Below, in pieces: positions 37,575 to 47,294 of a stretch of 64,000 nt of DNA (the first letter of the stretch is position 1; each line of letters begins with the position of its first letter). The translations under genes were made by a program, and so were the position numbers. The stretch comes from a virus. Taxonomy: Duplodnaviria > Caudoviricetes. The stretch covers positions 32,001-96,000 of IMG/VR virus record IMGVR_UViG_3300023213_000432; one strand, 5' to 3'. Under the pieces are notes generated by a model. That model saw only the letters and a list, made by a program, of their open reading frames with translations, had not been told where the DNA came from and ran no database searches.

Positions 37575-38192
37575 ATGAGGAAACAATTAGATGAAGCGTT
37601 ATGTCGAGACTTCCCGCTTACCTTTCGTGATCGCCACGGAGATATCCGTTCCTCATGTATGCCTTGGGGCTTTGATGTTTCCGATGGTTGGGAGCCATTA
37701 ATCAGAAAAGCTTGTGAGAAAATAGAGCCTCGCATTCAACAACTCATTGATGAAGGGAAAGAGAATGAATTTGTTCAGTATAAAGCTTCTCAATGTAAGG
37801 AAAAATTCGGGTCTTTAAGGTTCTACTTTACCTTTTGTGATGATATCATTGATGCCGCTATTGAAGAAGCCGAAAACGCTTCCGAACATACCTGCGAACA
37901 TTGTGGTGAGGACGGCAAAACTCGCGATGATGGCTGGCTCATTACCCTCTGCGATGAGTGTCATATCGAACGCATCACCAGCAAAGCCAGTTCCAATACC
38001 TTCTACGGTATCCTCGCTCACCTTCAAGGGCGCCGCGAAAATGCGTTTGATGAAATTGGGAAAGACAAAAAGATTTCTTTCAGCGGAGATCAGAAAACTC
38101 CTTCCGATGAAGCATTGAAGCAATACTGTGATTTCATGGATGCTGAAATTCAACAACTTAAAGTTTGGTTTAAAGAGAAAGAGTCAGGATAA
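37575..38192 (+). CDS. conserved phage-type hypothetical protein with Zn finger
   Basis: WGFDVSDGWEPLI..KEKFGSLRFY..CEHCG..DGWLITLCDEC. Confidence 0.65.
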   Translation: MRKQLDEALCRDFPLTFRDRHGDIRSSCMPWGFDVSDGWEPLIRKACEKIEPRIQQLIDEGKENEFVQYKASQCKEKFGSLRFYFTFCDDIIDAAIEEAENASEHTCEHCGEDGKTRDDGWLITLCDECHIERITSKASSNTFYGILAHLQGRRENAFDEIGKDKKISFSGDQKTPSDEALKQYCDFMDAEIQQLKVWFKEKESG

Positions 38193-38199
38193 AGGACGT

Positions 38200-38217
38200 T
38201 TCCCATCGCCTAACGGC
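38200..38217 (+). promoter_or_regulatory. conserved intergenic 18-mer, copy 3
   Basis: TTCCCATCGCCTAACGGC followed by AGTGAT. Confidence 0.6.
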
Positions 38218-38266
38218 AGTGATCCTCAAAATCCGATGCAAGCTGCAATATGAAAGAAAAAACCTG

Positions 38267-39979
38267 ATGACCGAATATAAACTCAAACATTTTAAACCGG
38301 GAGATCGTATCCGAGTTAAAATCGGAGGAGCTAAACGTTGGGCAACCGTTGTTCATAAAGGAACAAAAGGAGATGCCGCGACTACCTTGTATCTTGATAC
38401 GCCTTATCGCGGAGTCATCGGGGAAAGTTGGAATATAAATGAAGATAAATTCCGTCTGCTCCGTTATGAGAAGATGATTGAAAAATTAGGATTAAACACC
38501 ACTAGCAACAAATTTTGGGAAGCTTATCCTAATGAAACCATAGTGATTGATGTTGGGACTCGTGCTTCTAAAATCCCTAAAATCTCCGATCTTAAAGAAG
38601 GAGATTACATCAAGATTAATCATCATGGACACGTTTCTTGGGCTACGGTTGTTGAAGGAGCTGAAGATGCCGCGGATGTTTATTTAGATACACAAATGGG
38701 GGCGCCCCACAAATCATGGCTTGGTGATTCACAACATTTAAAATTGGCTCAAAAGTTTGGATTGAATAGCGACGCTCCTAATTTTAGAAGGATACGTGAT
38801 GATGACACTAAAGTTTTAGAGGTTGGTATTCCCAAGAAACCAGTTAGTCTTCCTGAAAAGGTTTATCAACTTGGCGAGCGAGTGAAGATTAAGGTTCTGG
38901 ATGACGGTAGGCGAATTACTGATGCCACCGTTATTGATGATGGACAAAATAGTACAAGAAAAGTACCTTTGTTTTACTTGGATAAATCATATGGGTGGTC
39001 TCCCAAAAAAGCAAAAGATGAATTAGCACAAGAAGCTTGTAAGAACTTTGGATTTAATGATAAAGAAAGTAAGGCTTGGTATGGATTTGAAGGTGACTTT
39101 CGATTTATTAGAACACTTGACGAAGAAATAATTAAACCAAAAGGAGAGAAAGAAATGCGTAGGAAAAAAATAAAATACAAGGTTGGTGAACGTATTAAAG
39201 TTCAGATTACCAATGATGATGACAAAAAACATCTAACTTGGGCTACCGTTATCTCATCTAAGGGTTTGGACGACGATCCTTATATGCCATTGTTGTATTT
39301 AGATAATGAGACCGATGATAGTTGGACATGGGATGAGGATTGGCAACGTAAAGCTGCCGTAAAGCAGAAAGCTGATCCCGACGAACCCAAATTTTGGTGG
39401 TTGTGCGCTATAGATACTGAAGTTGTGCAACGAGGAGAAGGAGACAATGTTATGGAAGAAGATAATAAGGATCACAAATTCACGGAAATGGTTAAAAAAG
39501 ACATGGTGGATGCTGGCTATCGTGTAGCATCCAATCAAATGGTAAAAGGCATCAAAGCCGGAGTTTTGAAACTTTTCAAGGATAAAGGAGCCGATGATGG
39601 CAAAATTGCAGTCCTTAAAGAAGTTCTCGATAGTGATGTAGGAAGCATGGCTATTTCACTTTTACTTGGTTATGGACTTGGATACGTGCCTAAGATCGGA
39701 GATGATCCGAGAGTAAAGAAGTTGTCCAAGGAATTCAGAGTTGAAGGCTTCACATTTGGAGGTAACTTGGCTGCGGATACTATCATGCAATATCTGGCAC
39801 CGGCAGTTATGGAAGCTGTTAATGCCCTTCCACCAGTTTCGGAAGTGGTGGAGACCGTTGCCGAAAAAACAGGTCTCAAAAAGAAGACCAAGAAACGTGT
39901 TGGTACTTCTGTTCGTGTTAAGGAAGAGGAACAAGAGCACGAAGAAGAGGAAACCAATGGCAAGCGAGCCCACGCTTAA
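38267..39979 (+). CDS. family A modular protein (4 modules + conserved CTD)
   Basis: FKPGDRIRV/LKEGDYIKI/YQLGERVKI/YKVGERIKV..WATV; CTD AGYRVASNQ..LDSDVG..KEFRV. Confidence 0.8.
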   Translation: MTEYKLKHFKPGDRIRVKIGGAKRWATVVHKGTKGDAATTLYLDTPYRGVIGESWNINEDKFRLLRYEKMIEKLGLNTTSNKFWEAYPNETIVIDVGTRASKIPKISDLKEGDYIKINHHGHVSWATVVEGAEDAADVYLDTQMGAPHKSWLGDSQHLKLAQKFGLNSDAPNFRRIRDDDTKVLEVGIPKKPVSLPEKVYQLGERVKIKVLDDGRRITDATVIDDGQNSTRKVPLFYLDKSYGWSPKKAKDELAQEACKNFGFNDKESKAWYGFEGDFRFIRTLDEEIIKPKGEKEMRRKKIKYKVGERIKVQITNDDDKKHLTWATVISSKGLDDDPYMPLLYLDNETDDSWTWDEDWQRKAAVKQKADPDEPKFWWLCAIDTEVVQRGEGDNVMEEDNKDHKFTEMVKKDMVDAGYRVASNQMVKGIKAGVLKLFKDKGADDGKIAVLKEVLDSDVGSMAISLLLGYGLGYVPKIGDDPRVKKLSKEFRVEGFTFGGNLAADTIMQYLAPAVMEAVNALPPVSEVVETVAEKTGLKKKTKKRVGTSVRVKEEEQEHEEEETNGKRAHA

Positions 39980-40092
39980 AGAGGCCCTAGGTCTTGCTAG
40001 ACGTTGAGTCGATACCTCCATTGGCTCCGTCGCCCTAGACATACCTCGCAAATGGCAAGCTAGCGAGGCAATTCTTTAAAATTAAAAATCAA

Positions 40093-40455
40093 ATGAACAG
40101 TCAAGAAGTATTTGACCAAATTGTCAATCACCTTCGGCAACAAAGAGCTAAATCCATTGATATTTTAGGTCGGTGCGCCTATCGTGGATCGCAAGGTAAA
40201 AAATGTGCAGTTGGTGTTCTGATAAATGATGATGAATATTGTGATCAAATGGAGGGCAGCCCAGTGTGTGACCTTATTGATTCTGAGAGCAAGAGTCAAT
40301 ATGTGTCTATTGAATTGAGGGATCGTTTAAAACCTCATATGGAACTATTGAGAGCATTGCAGCTCACGCATGATCTGTCTGAGATTAAAATATGGGAACA
40401 ACAATTCAAAGAAATTGCCGAACATTTCAAATTGGAATATAAGGTGCTCAAATGA
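40093..40455 (+). CDS. hypothetical protein, tandem paralog 1
   Basis: QEVFD....HLRQQ..CAY....KCAVG. Confidence 0.65.
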   Translation: MNSQEVFDQIVNHLRQQRAKSIDILGRCAYRGSQGKKCAVGVLINDDEYCDQMEGSPVCDLIDSESKSQYVSIELRDRLKPHMELLRALQLTHDLSEIKIWEQQFKEIAEHFKLEYKVLK

Positions 40456-40904
40456 GATCTCAAGAGATTTTTGATTGTATATTGAAACATGCTCGCCAAC
40501 AAGGTAAAAAATCTTTGTTTCCATCTGAGGAAGTGACTCAGTGTGCATATTTAAATAAAGATGGATTGAAGTGTTTTGCTGGCGTCCTCTTCGAAAAAGA
40601 AGAATATTCTAAAGCAATGGAAGGTTGTTCTATTCGCAATATTCTTCTTGGTCGAGTTCCTGAAATTGACAAGAAAATTGTTGAACAACTTCAGAAGAGA
40701 TTGTGGCAGCATGTGGATTTGATAGAACGCCTTCAAATAATTCATGATGATTATCATGTGGAACAGTGGGAGGAGAAATTTGTCCAAACAGCTAGAAAAT
40801 TTGGTTTGGAATATTCTCTTCCTCCTAAAAAGGAAGAATTAAAAATGGAAGAAATTTTGCAAGAGACGAAACCAGAAAACAAATCAGAAAACAAACAGGA
40901 GTAG
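40452..40904 (+). CDS. hypothetical protein, tandem paralog 2
   Basis: QEIFD....HARQQ..CAY....KCFAG. Confidence 0.65.
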   Translation: MRSQEIFDCILKHARQQGKKSLFPSEEVTQCAYLNKDGLKCFAGVLFEKEEYSKAMEGCSIRNILLGRVPEIDKKIVEQLQKRLWQHVDLIERLQIIHDDYHVEQWEEKFVQTARKFGLEYSLPPKKEELKMEEILQETKPENKSENKQE

Positions 40905-41012
40905 TGCCATGTGGTGGATTTTACGTAGAGTGATTTATATGTTGCTTAAAAAATTGGCGGACTGGCTAATCAAACTTTTGAAGCGTTGGTTGCGACGAAG
41001 ATATTGATAGCA

Positions 41013-41122
41013 GCCAATTACCCATGACTAAAAGTTATGGGCTTGTGTGAAGGATCCTAGTTAGATTCTTTTGATCAAGTTAAATTATTGCATTAGACAC
41101 AGATCAGAATAGGAGACGTTAA
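41013..41122 (+). mobile_element. truncated IsrB-family end + 5' part of omegaRNA
   Basis: GCCAATTACCCATGAC..GTTATGGGCTTGTG..GATCAAG..CAGATCAGAATAGGAGACG then ATGA. Confidence 0.75.
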
Positions 41123-41386
41123 ATGACCCACGTTCGTATTTCTGCTGAACAAAATGAGCAAGAACTTACTATTCCTTGCACTAACTGCACTTCCGAATTT
41201 CGGGAAGAAAAGTTTGGTTGGCGTCCGGGATTAGTGTTTCATCCTTCATGGCATGAGTGGCTGGCTAAATTTCGTTTAGCGCGCGAAGAGAAAGTCGCTC
41301 CACCACCATTTCCCGAAGCACCATACTATATGGATTGTGATGTTTGTAAAGGTACTGGAGAAAAAGTAGTTTCGGTGGGTCAATAA
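41123..41386 (+). CDS. Zn-finger small protein between two omegaRNA heads
   Basis: CTNC..CDVCKGTG; SD AGGAG and stop both supplied by element sequence. Confidence 0.6.
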   Translation: MTHVRISAEQNEQELTIPCTNCTSEFREEKFGWRPGLVFHPSWHEWLAKFRLAREEKVAPPPFPEAPYYMDCDVCKGTGEKVVSVGQ

Positions 41387-41835
41387 CCCACGATTTTAAT
41401 CGTGGGCTTGTGCGAAGGGAATCAGTCACTCTCTTTTGATCAAGACTAAAATATTGTACTAGACGAAGATCAGAATAGGAGACGCAAGTCAAATAGAAGA
41501 AGATCAAATAGGCAGATCAGGATCGTTATGACGAGACTGGAAAAGATACGCTACTGGATGTTTCGCTAGTCTGTAGCCGCATTTCGTAAGAGATGCCGAT
41601 ATTCTATCGATAAATTATAGGATATCCGCTGTGTTTTGCTTATGTCGAAGCGAGTTGCACAAGCCCTTTACAGGGAAGGTTTTCTGAGGATTTTTCCTTT
41701 CTCTCACGAGAGAATAAAGTCTTCGTTTTACTAAACAATTCGTCAAGAAAAGAGATATTGATGTCTTATACAAACAGAATAGGAGAGTTCAATTCCTCTC
41801 ACGACTAAAATCGTGGGTCTCCTTGAACCAATTTT
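41379..41835 (+). mobile_element. non-autonomous IsrB element (omegaRNA intact, isrB deleted)
   Basis: Both ends plus full scaffold; only the isrB 3' tail remains; followed by ATGA. Confidence 0.88.
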
Positions 41836-42060
41836 ATGACACTCGATGAGATTAAGAAAGAACTTCAAGGCAGTCGGGATGAGACTGATAAGTTGGTCAA
41901 ATGTCTTCAGGACGCTATTCAGGCGGAAAATGAGGAAGATTTTATTCAAGCCTTGACTTGTGCTGATAGGATGGCTATTTCTTTATCAGGGACTATCTTT
42001 GAAGCATTATGCAAGATAGACCCAGAAGCAGCGATGGGTAATCTAGAAGACATAGATTAG
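41836..42060 (+). CDS. hypothetical helical protein
   Basis: ATG directly at the element end. Confidence 0.55.
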   Translation: MTLDEIKKELQGSRDETDKLVKCLQDAIQAENEEDFIQALTCADRMAISLSGTIFEALCKIDPEAAMGNLEDID

Positions 42061-42069
42061 AGGTCTAAC

Positions 42070-42474
42070 ATGTGGATCACTACTGGTATCATTATTATAT
42101 ACTTAATGGGCATTCCAGTGACATTTATATTGGAGCCTTATCTATATTGTCCAGATCCTGAAACGAAGGACAATCTGAAAGATGTCGTCCTTTTGTCTTT
42201 GTTTTGGCCCATTTTTTTGTTGATTGTATTACCCGTTAGCACACTCATCGTTCTTCGGGAAGCTACTCGTCAAAGAGTTCTTCGCAAGAAACAAGAGAAA
42301 AACCAAAAGACATCGCAAAAGAAAGATTCGGAATCATCGGTTCCTAAACGAGAGCCAATTAACTATCGTGTTGCCCCATGCCATATTTGCGGTCATGCAG
42401 TTCAATACCTTGATGAGATAGAAAAAGAATTAACTTCAGTTGAACACTATAATCCTCTGAAAAATCATTCATGA
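42070..42474 (+). CDS. membrane protein with NYRVAPCHIC motif
   Basis: Two TM helices. Confidence 0.55.
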   Translation: MWITTGIIIIYLMGIPVTFILEPYLYCPDPETKDNLKDVVLLSLFWPIFLLIVLPVSTLIVLREATRQRVLRKKQEKNQKTSQKKDSESSVPKREPINYRVAPCHICGHAVQYLDEIEKELTSVEHYNPLKNHS

Positions 42475-43718
42475 ACCCCATTGATAAAAACTACTTTGAG
42501 GAAAAGCTGGACGTAGCTAAAAAGCATTTGAAGAAAGTGCAACAGTTCCTCACCATTAACAAGCAAGTTATTAAGCTTGGGCAAATTGCATCTAATTCTA
42601 TTGTGGAAACTGTTAAAAACAAAACGCCGGTTTCTTTAGTTTCGGGTGCTTTGGAAGCTATTTCTGCCTTAACTATTGGGGATATGTGGTATGCGCGAGA
42701 CTATTTTCCTATTGGTCAGGGATGGTATGATCTTACGGTAGATGGAGAACGTAATCTTTCCGAGTTATTTGGAACTGTTATTCGAAAGTATCCCAGCAAA
42801 TCATTGTCAATTCTAGATGGAGATCGAACCCGAGTTCCAGAATTAATCGCTTTACCAATTGGCGTAATTGGGTGCATTTCCTCAGAAAGCGATATTTCGG
42901 TCTTGTATCAGCCCGAGAAGGTTGATAGAGACAAGCTCTTGTCCTTTTTAGTTAAAGAGAAAGTTAAAGAACTCAATAGCAATTTTTTCTCTTTGTTTTC
43001 CAAAAGCACTGGATATGGATCTCGGCACTTTTCTTTAGTTCCTGAGAAACTTAATCCATTACCTTCTCGAAGAGCCCAAGAGTATGTGGAATACTTCAAG
43101 CGATACTTCGACAAAGGCATTCATCGTTCAGTTCTATTTTATGGGCCGCCGGGAACCGGAAAAAGCACTTTAGTTCAATATCTTCTCAGTGAGTTTGGGT
43201 TCCGAACTTTCAAGTTTAGATGTGAAGGATTTATGGTGCCATTCGGTATGGTTCGTTTCATCATTGAGAATTTTGATTGCGAAGCAGTGATGATGGATGA
43301 TATGGATCATATGATTGGAAATGGAAGCAACTCTGATCTTTTGGAAACTCTAGAAGTAGCTAATAGGCATTCTAAGTTTGTTATTGGATGCGCAAACGTT
43401 TTGTCAGGTTTTCATAGCGCTCTTATTAGACCAAAACGTTTTGATGAAATAATTAAAATTGATACTTTGGATGAGGAAACTATTATCGGAGTATTGGGCG
43501 ATCTTAGCCCTGACTACAAAGATAAAGTTAGACATTGGCCTATTGCTTACGTTAGTGAGTTGAAGACCAAGAGCTTAGTAGTTTCTGCTAAAGAATTGGA
43601 AGCAGCATATGTTGAACTGAATGAGAGAGTTAAAAATCAATTGGTAATGGTGGGCAAAGAAAACGAAGATGGGGATGAAAAAAAGAGTAGTCCATCACTT
43701 GCGGAATCCGAATCATGA
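42471..43718 (+). CDS. AAA+ ATPase
   Basis: Walker A GPPGTGKST, Walker B MMDDMD, SRH ALIRPKRFD. Confidence 0.88.
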   Translation: MNPIDKNYFEEKLDVAKKHLKKVQQFLTINKQVIKLGQIASNSIVETVKNKTPVSLVSGALEAISALTIGDMWYARDYFPIGQGWYDLTVDGERNLSELFGTVIRKYPSKSLSILDGDRTRVPELIALPIGVIGCISSESDISVLYQPEKVDRDKLLSFLVKEKVKELNSNFFSLFSKSTGYGSRHFSLVPEKLNPLPSRRAQEYVEYFKRYFDKGIHRSVLFYGPPGTGKSTLVQYLLSEFGFRTFKFRCEGFMVPFGMVRFIIENFDCEAVMMDDMDHMIGNGSNSDLLETLEVANRHSKFVIGCANVLSGFHSALIRPKRFDEIIKIDTLDEETIIGVLGDLSPDYKDKVRHWPIAYVSELKTKSLVVSAKELEAAYVELNERVKNQLVMVGKENEDGDEKKSSPSLAESES

Positions 43719-43945
43719 GTCCTTATCGAACTGATATGGTAGTTCGGGAGCAAAAACAAGAATTTGGTTTGATTATTGCTCCCAAAGCTTATGTCCATGA
43801 GTGCCGACTTCCAAGATTATTGTTTCATCTTTGGATGTGGATGAGAGGTCAAAAAGTTGAGAATAAAAGCTTATACCGCTGCACCTGCGGAAAAGTGTTT
43901 CAGTATATAGCAGTAATTGGTCCATTAGGCTCTTGGTGTCAATAA
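43715..43945 (+). CDS. hypothetical protein, C-terminus replaced by element end
   Basis: ATGA overlap; TAA from GTCAATAA. Confidence 0.55.
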   Translation: MSPYRTDMVVREQKQEFGLIIAPKAYVHECRLPRLLFHLWMWMRGQKVENKSLYRCTCGKVFQYIAVIGPLGSWCQ

Positions 43946-44386
43946 CCCATGACTAAAAGTCATGGGCTTGTGCGAAGGGAATCAGTCACTCTCTTTTGAT
44001 CAAGTTAAAATATTGTACTAGACACAGATCAGAATAGGAGAAGAAGATCAAATAGGCAGATCAGGATCGTTATGACGAGACTGGAAAAGATACGCTACTG
44101 GATGTTTCGCTAGTCTGTAGCCGCATTTCCGTAAGGAGATGACAATACCTCATCGATAATTTTGTGAGGTATTCGCTATGTTTTGCTTATGTCGAAGCGA
44201 GTTGCACAAGCCCTTTACAGGGAAGGTTTTCTGAGGATTTTTCCTTTCTCTTACGAGAAAATAAAGTCCTTGTTTTTATAAAACAATTCGTCAAGAAGAG
44301 AGATATTGATGTCTTATATGTACACAGGATAGGAGAGTTCAATTCCTCCCACGACTAAAATCGTGGGTCTCTTTGAACCATTTTTC
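43938..44386 (+). mobile_element. non-autonomous IsrB element (omegaRNA intact, isrB deleted)
   Basis: Near-identical to 41379-41835; followed by ATGA. Confidence 0.88.
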
Positions 44387-44425
44387 ATGAGTTGGACGAT
44401 TGATATTTAATAGGAGTATATAAAA

Positions 44426-45043
44426 ATGAAAAAGTTTTTGATGATGTTAGTTGGATTGATGATGATGGCGTCACCGGTAATGGCGGAAGACAAAGATGCT
44501 ACGGCTGAAGTCACTCCAGTGGTCAAAGTGATAGAAAAGAAATCAGACGAAAACGCAGGGCAAAATACAAATCACAAATGGCATGGGCAAGTGGATGATT
44601 TTTTCCACTATACAGGCTTTGACTTGGACATTCAAGCAGGTATTGGTTATCATTTTGATACACGTATTGCCACCAATGATGCTAGTAATGGATTCGTTCG
44701 TGCAAGGATTGGTGTTCTCCATGTTCCTCAGTACCCGTGGGCAATTTTTGGTGGAATGACTTTGGAAGGAAATTATTTATCTGGATGTGTTTGGGGTTTG
44801 CAAGGCGAACTTATTCACCAAGCTTTTGGTGGATGGATTCGTGGTGGATTTGGTAGTGATCAATACGTTCGTCCTCACTTCAATGCAGCCATTGGTTATA
44901 GTCTATTTGGCGTGGAAGTGCAAGGATATAGCGTTGGACCATATGCTTCGGAATCATTCAATGATAAACGTGAAGGTATTGCAGTAATGGGTGTCGTTCG
45001 AATTCCCATTGGGTATATCGCTTACGTTTTTAGCAAGCGCTAA
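44426..45043 (+). CDS. secreted protein, outer-membrane beta-barrel-like
   Basis: Signal peptide (VMA-E); Gly/aromatic strands. Confidence 0.5.
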   Translation: MKKFLMMLVGLMMMASPVMAEDKDATAEVTPVVKVIEKKSDENAGQNTNHKWHGQVDDFFHYTGFDLDIQAGIGYHFDTRIATNDASNGFVRARIGVLHVPQYPWAIFGGMTLEGNYLSGCVWGLQGELIHQAFGGWIRGGFGSDQYVRPHFNAAIGYSLFGVEVQGYSVGPYASESFNDKREGIAVMGVVRIPIGYIAYVFSKR

Positions 45044-45621
45044 CGTTGGCACCATCTTAATCCATCTGTAGAGAGATGTTGGTATTTGGCTACGGTTAAC
45101 ACAGCAGACTGATCAATGCAACGATAAGCGTCTGACGAATACCATCTTCGCATTAAACATGCCTCACAATCTAGATGATTACTTCCTAACGCATGTCCAA
45201 TTTCGTGCAAAGCAATAAGTTTGAGAGCCATTTGGGAGTCAATTCTATCTCTAACAAAGTAAATGCGATTACCTCCTACACCAACAGTGAAGGCATACGC
45301 TACGAGCGTATCATCTTGATTAGCGGCTTCATTTTTGGAAGTGATTCTAATAAACATATAGCCCGGATCTCTTGATGTTGCATGGAGATGATAGTGGTAG
45401 TCATCTACTATTAATTGTAATTTTTGATCAAGAGCCCAATTCCATTCATTGATGGCTTCTTGTAATGCTGTAACATCTCCTTCGCTAAATTGGTCATCGA
45501 TATAGATAGGAACTACTCTCACTTCTTGACCACTAGGATCATGAGTTATTCTCATATAATCCTTGGATACACATGCACTAATTGTCAATAAAACTAGACA
45601 TAAAGCCCAAAATCTGCGCAT
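45040..45621 (-). CDS. zincin metalloprotease, matrixin/M10-like lipoprotein
   Basis: HEIGHALGSNH + CLM Met-turn; ISAC lipobox; paralog of 21828. Confidence 0.85.
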   Translation of the reverse strand: MRRFWALCLVLLTISACVSKDYMRITHDPSGQEVRVVPIYIDDQFSEGDVTALQEAINEWNWALDQKLQLIVDDYHYHLHATSRDPGYMFIRITSKNEAANQDDTLVAYAFTVGVGGNRIYFVRDRIDSQMALKLIALHEIGHALGSNHLDCEACLMRRWYSSDAYRCIDQSAVLTVAKYQHLSTDGLRWCQR

Positions 45622-46235
45622 ATCTTAATGATTATGCGATATTATTACCAAAGAAAGGAATCGTATTATGCTACCTTTAATTTTTGCTGCATTATTTGCT
45701 TATGGACTTTTTCACTTAGGATTAGGGATACCGCTAGTTGTCTTAGCCACTGTCGCCTATATTGTTTTTGGTGGAGTTCAAATTGTCGAGAACACTGTTT
45801 TCGATGAAGAAACAGCCAAACGTTTCTTTACCGAATGATGAGGCGATTTAAGCTGGTAGAATTTTCGGAAACTCTATCGGGCAAATGGGAAGTAATTTTT
45901 GTTTGGTCGGAAGAAGAGGCGCACCAAAAATGGAAAAAGCTAAGAGAGTGGATTGTACAAGAACAACCCTACGGCTTCTTTCGAATGATTAAAGAAGGAT
46001 ATGTCGATGAGTAGAGTGCCCATCGAAATAGTAGATTTTCAAGTGGCTCTGTTATATGCCGAACATCTTGACGATAAAGATTTGAAGGAAATTGATTTCA
46101 AATGTCGCTTGATTGCGGAATTCATCCAAGCGTGTGGATGGGACGAAACAGATTATTGGAATCATCAACTTGATGATTAAGATCGATTATAGATACAATC
46201 TAATACTTTGTTAATCATGTTTTAAATGGGATATA

Positions 46236-46538
46236 ATGTTTCGATCTGTTAATTATAAATACATTAGGTCTCAATATGAGATTACCATCGTGGATGATGA
46301 TTTTACCGAAATTGTCGTCGCCAGTAATACCTTCATCAACACCATCGTCTCCATTTTGATTGATGTTTATTCTCGAAGAAATCTCAATGTGGCTGGCAAT
46401 CTAGTGTTGTTGATGCAATGTATAGAACATAGATGGTCATGGCGAAATATTAAACAGCAAATCAAAGGATATCAGAAATATGTTCCTGAATATTCAAATT
46501 ACCATGATCAAGTGATGGACTATCTAGTATTCATGTAA
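46236..46538 (+). CDS. hypothetical protein, paralog of 23841-24179
   Basis: High DNA-level similarity. Confidence 0.65.
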   Translation: MFRSVNYKYIRSQYEITIVDDDFTEIVVASNTFINTIVSILIDVYSRRNLNVAGNLVLLMQCIEHRWSWRNIKQQIKGYQKYVPEYSNYHDQVMDYLVFM

Positions 46539-46575
46539 AAAGTAATTATCAAGGGAAAAGATTTTGGAGACTGAT

Positions 46576-46935
46576 ATGTGGCAACACAAAGCAGAATGGA
46601 TCCGACAACTCAAAGTAGGGGATCGAGTTTGCGACTGTAACTATGATCATTTAAAAATTGTCGCTATCACAGACGAATATTTTCCATGGAGACCGTGGTT
46701 TTTTTGGCTTGTATTTCATCTATCGTTACCATCTAAAGTTTTGGATTGGTATGAGAATATATGGTATGCGATATGCGCTAAAATGGGATGGAAAGAATTG
46801 ATGGATCGAAGCTTAACTTTAGAGGGCGGAAGACAATGCAGCGCCAATCATTGTTGTGATCCAGTGGAACATGAGTGGAATCATATTATCAAAGGAAAAA
46901 CTAATGGACAATCAAAGACAGAACAAGAAAATTAG
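46576..46935 (+). CDS. hypothetical protein
   Basis: GGAG SD; LKVGDRVCDC. Confidence 0.55.
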   Translation: MWQHKAEWIRQLKVGDRVCDCNYDHLKIVAITDEYFPWRPWFFWLVFHLSLPSKVLDWYENIWYAICAKMGWKELMDRSLTLEGGRQCSANHCCDPVEHEWNHIIKGKTNGQSKTEQEN

Positions 46936-47278
46936 AACATTCACTGTTAAACGGAGCAAATGGCTTCGAGGTGAATATGACAAGCGCTATGATCGTTGGA
47001 AGGGAAAACGTGCAACTTTGTTAAATAATAAAGGACATTCTTGCTGTTTAGGATTTGTTGGAATTAGTTGTGGTATTCCTAGAGTTCGACTTGCGAGTCA
47101 AGTCCAACCTGATATGTTAGATGAACAATTTTATAAGATGTATCCCAAACTAAAAAAGGATGACTGGGATAGCTTTATAGCTATTAATGATGATTGTAAT
47201 TTGTCTGATGCGGAGCGAGAAATAAAGTTGCAAAAATTAGCTAACAGAAACGGATTCCGATTTAAATTCGTTAAATGA
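46904..47278 (+). CDS. hypothetical protein
   Basis: FTVKRSKWLRG..CCLGF. Confidence 0.6.
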   Translation: MDNQRQNKKIRTFTVKRSKWLRGEYDKRYDRWKGKRATLLNNKGHSCCLGFVGISCGIPRVRLASQVQPDMLDEQFYKMYPKLKKDDWDSFIAINDDCNLSDAEREIKLQKLANRNGFRFKFVK

Positions 47279-47294
47279 AGAATAGGAACACGCT

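Noticed and set aside
39955-40070. AATGGCAAGC direct repeat and CTAG-rich hairpins
   Set aside because: Short, no recognisable element; may be a terminator or a 16-aa ORF, too weak to call
23841-46538. Diversity-generating retroelement TR/VR pair
   Set aside because: No reverse transcriptase in the window; differences between the paralogs include indels and are not confined to adenines
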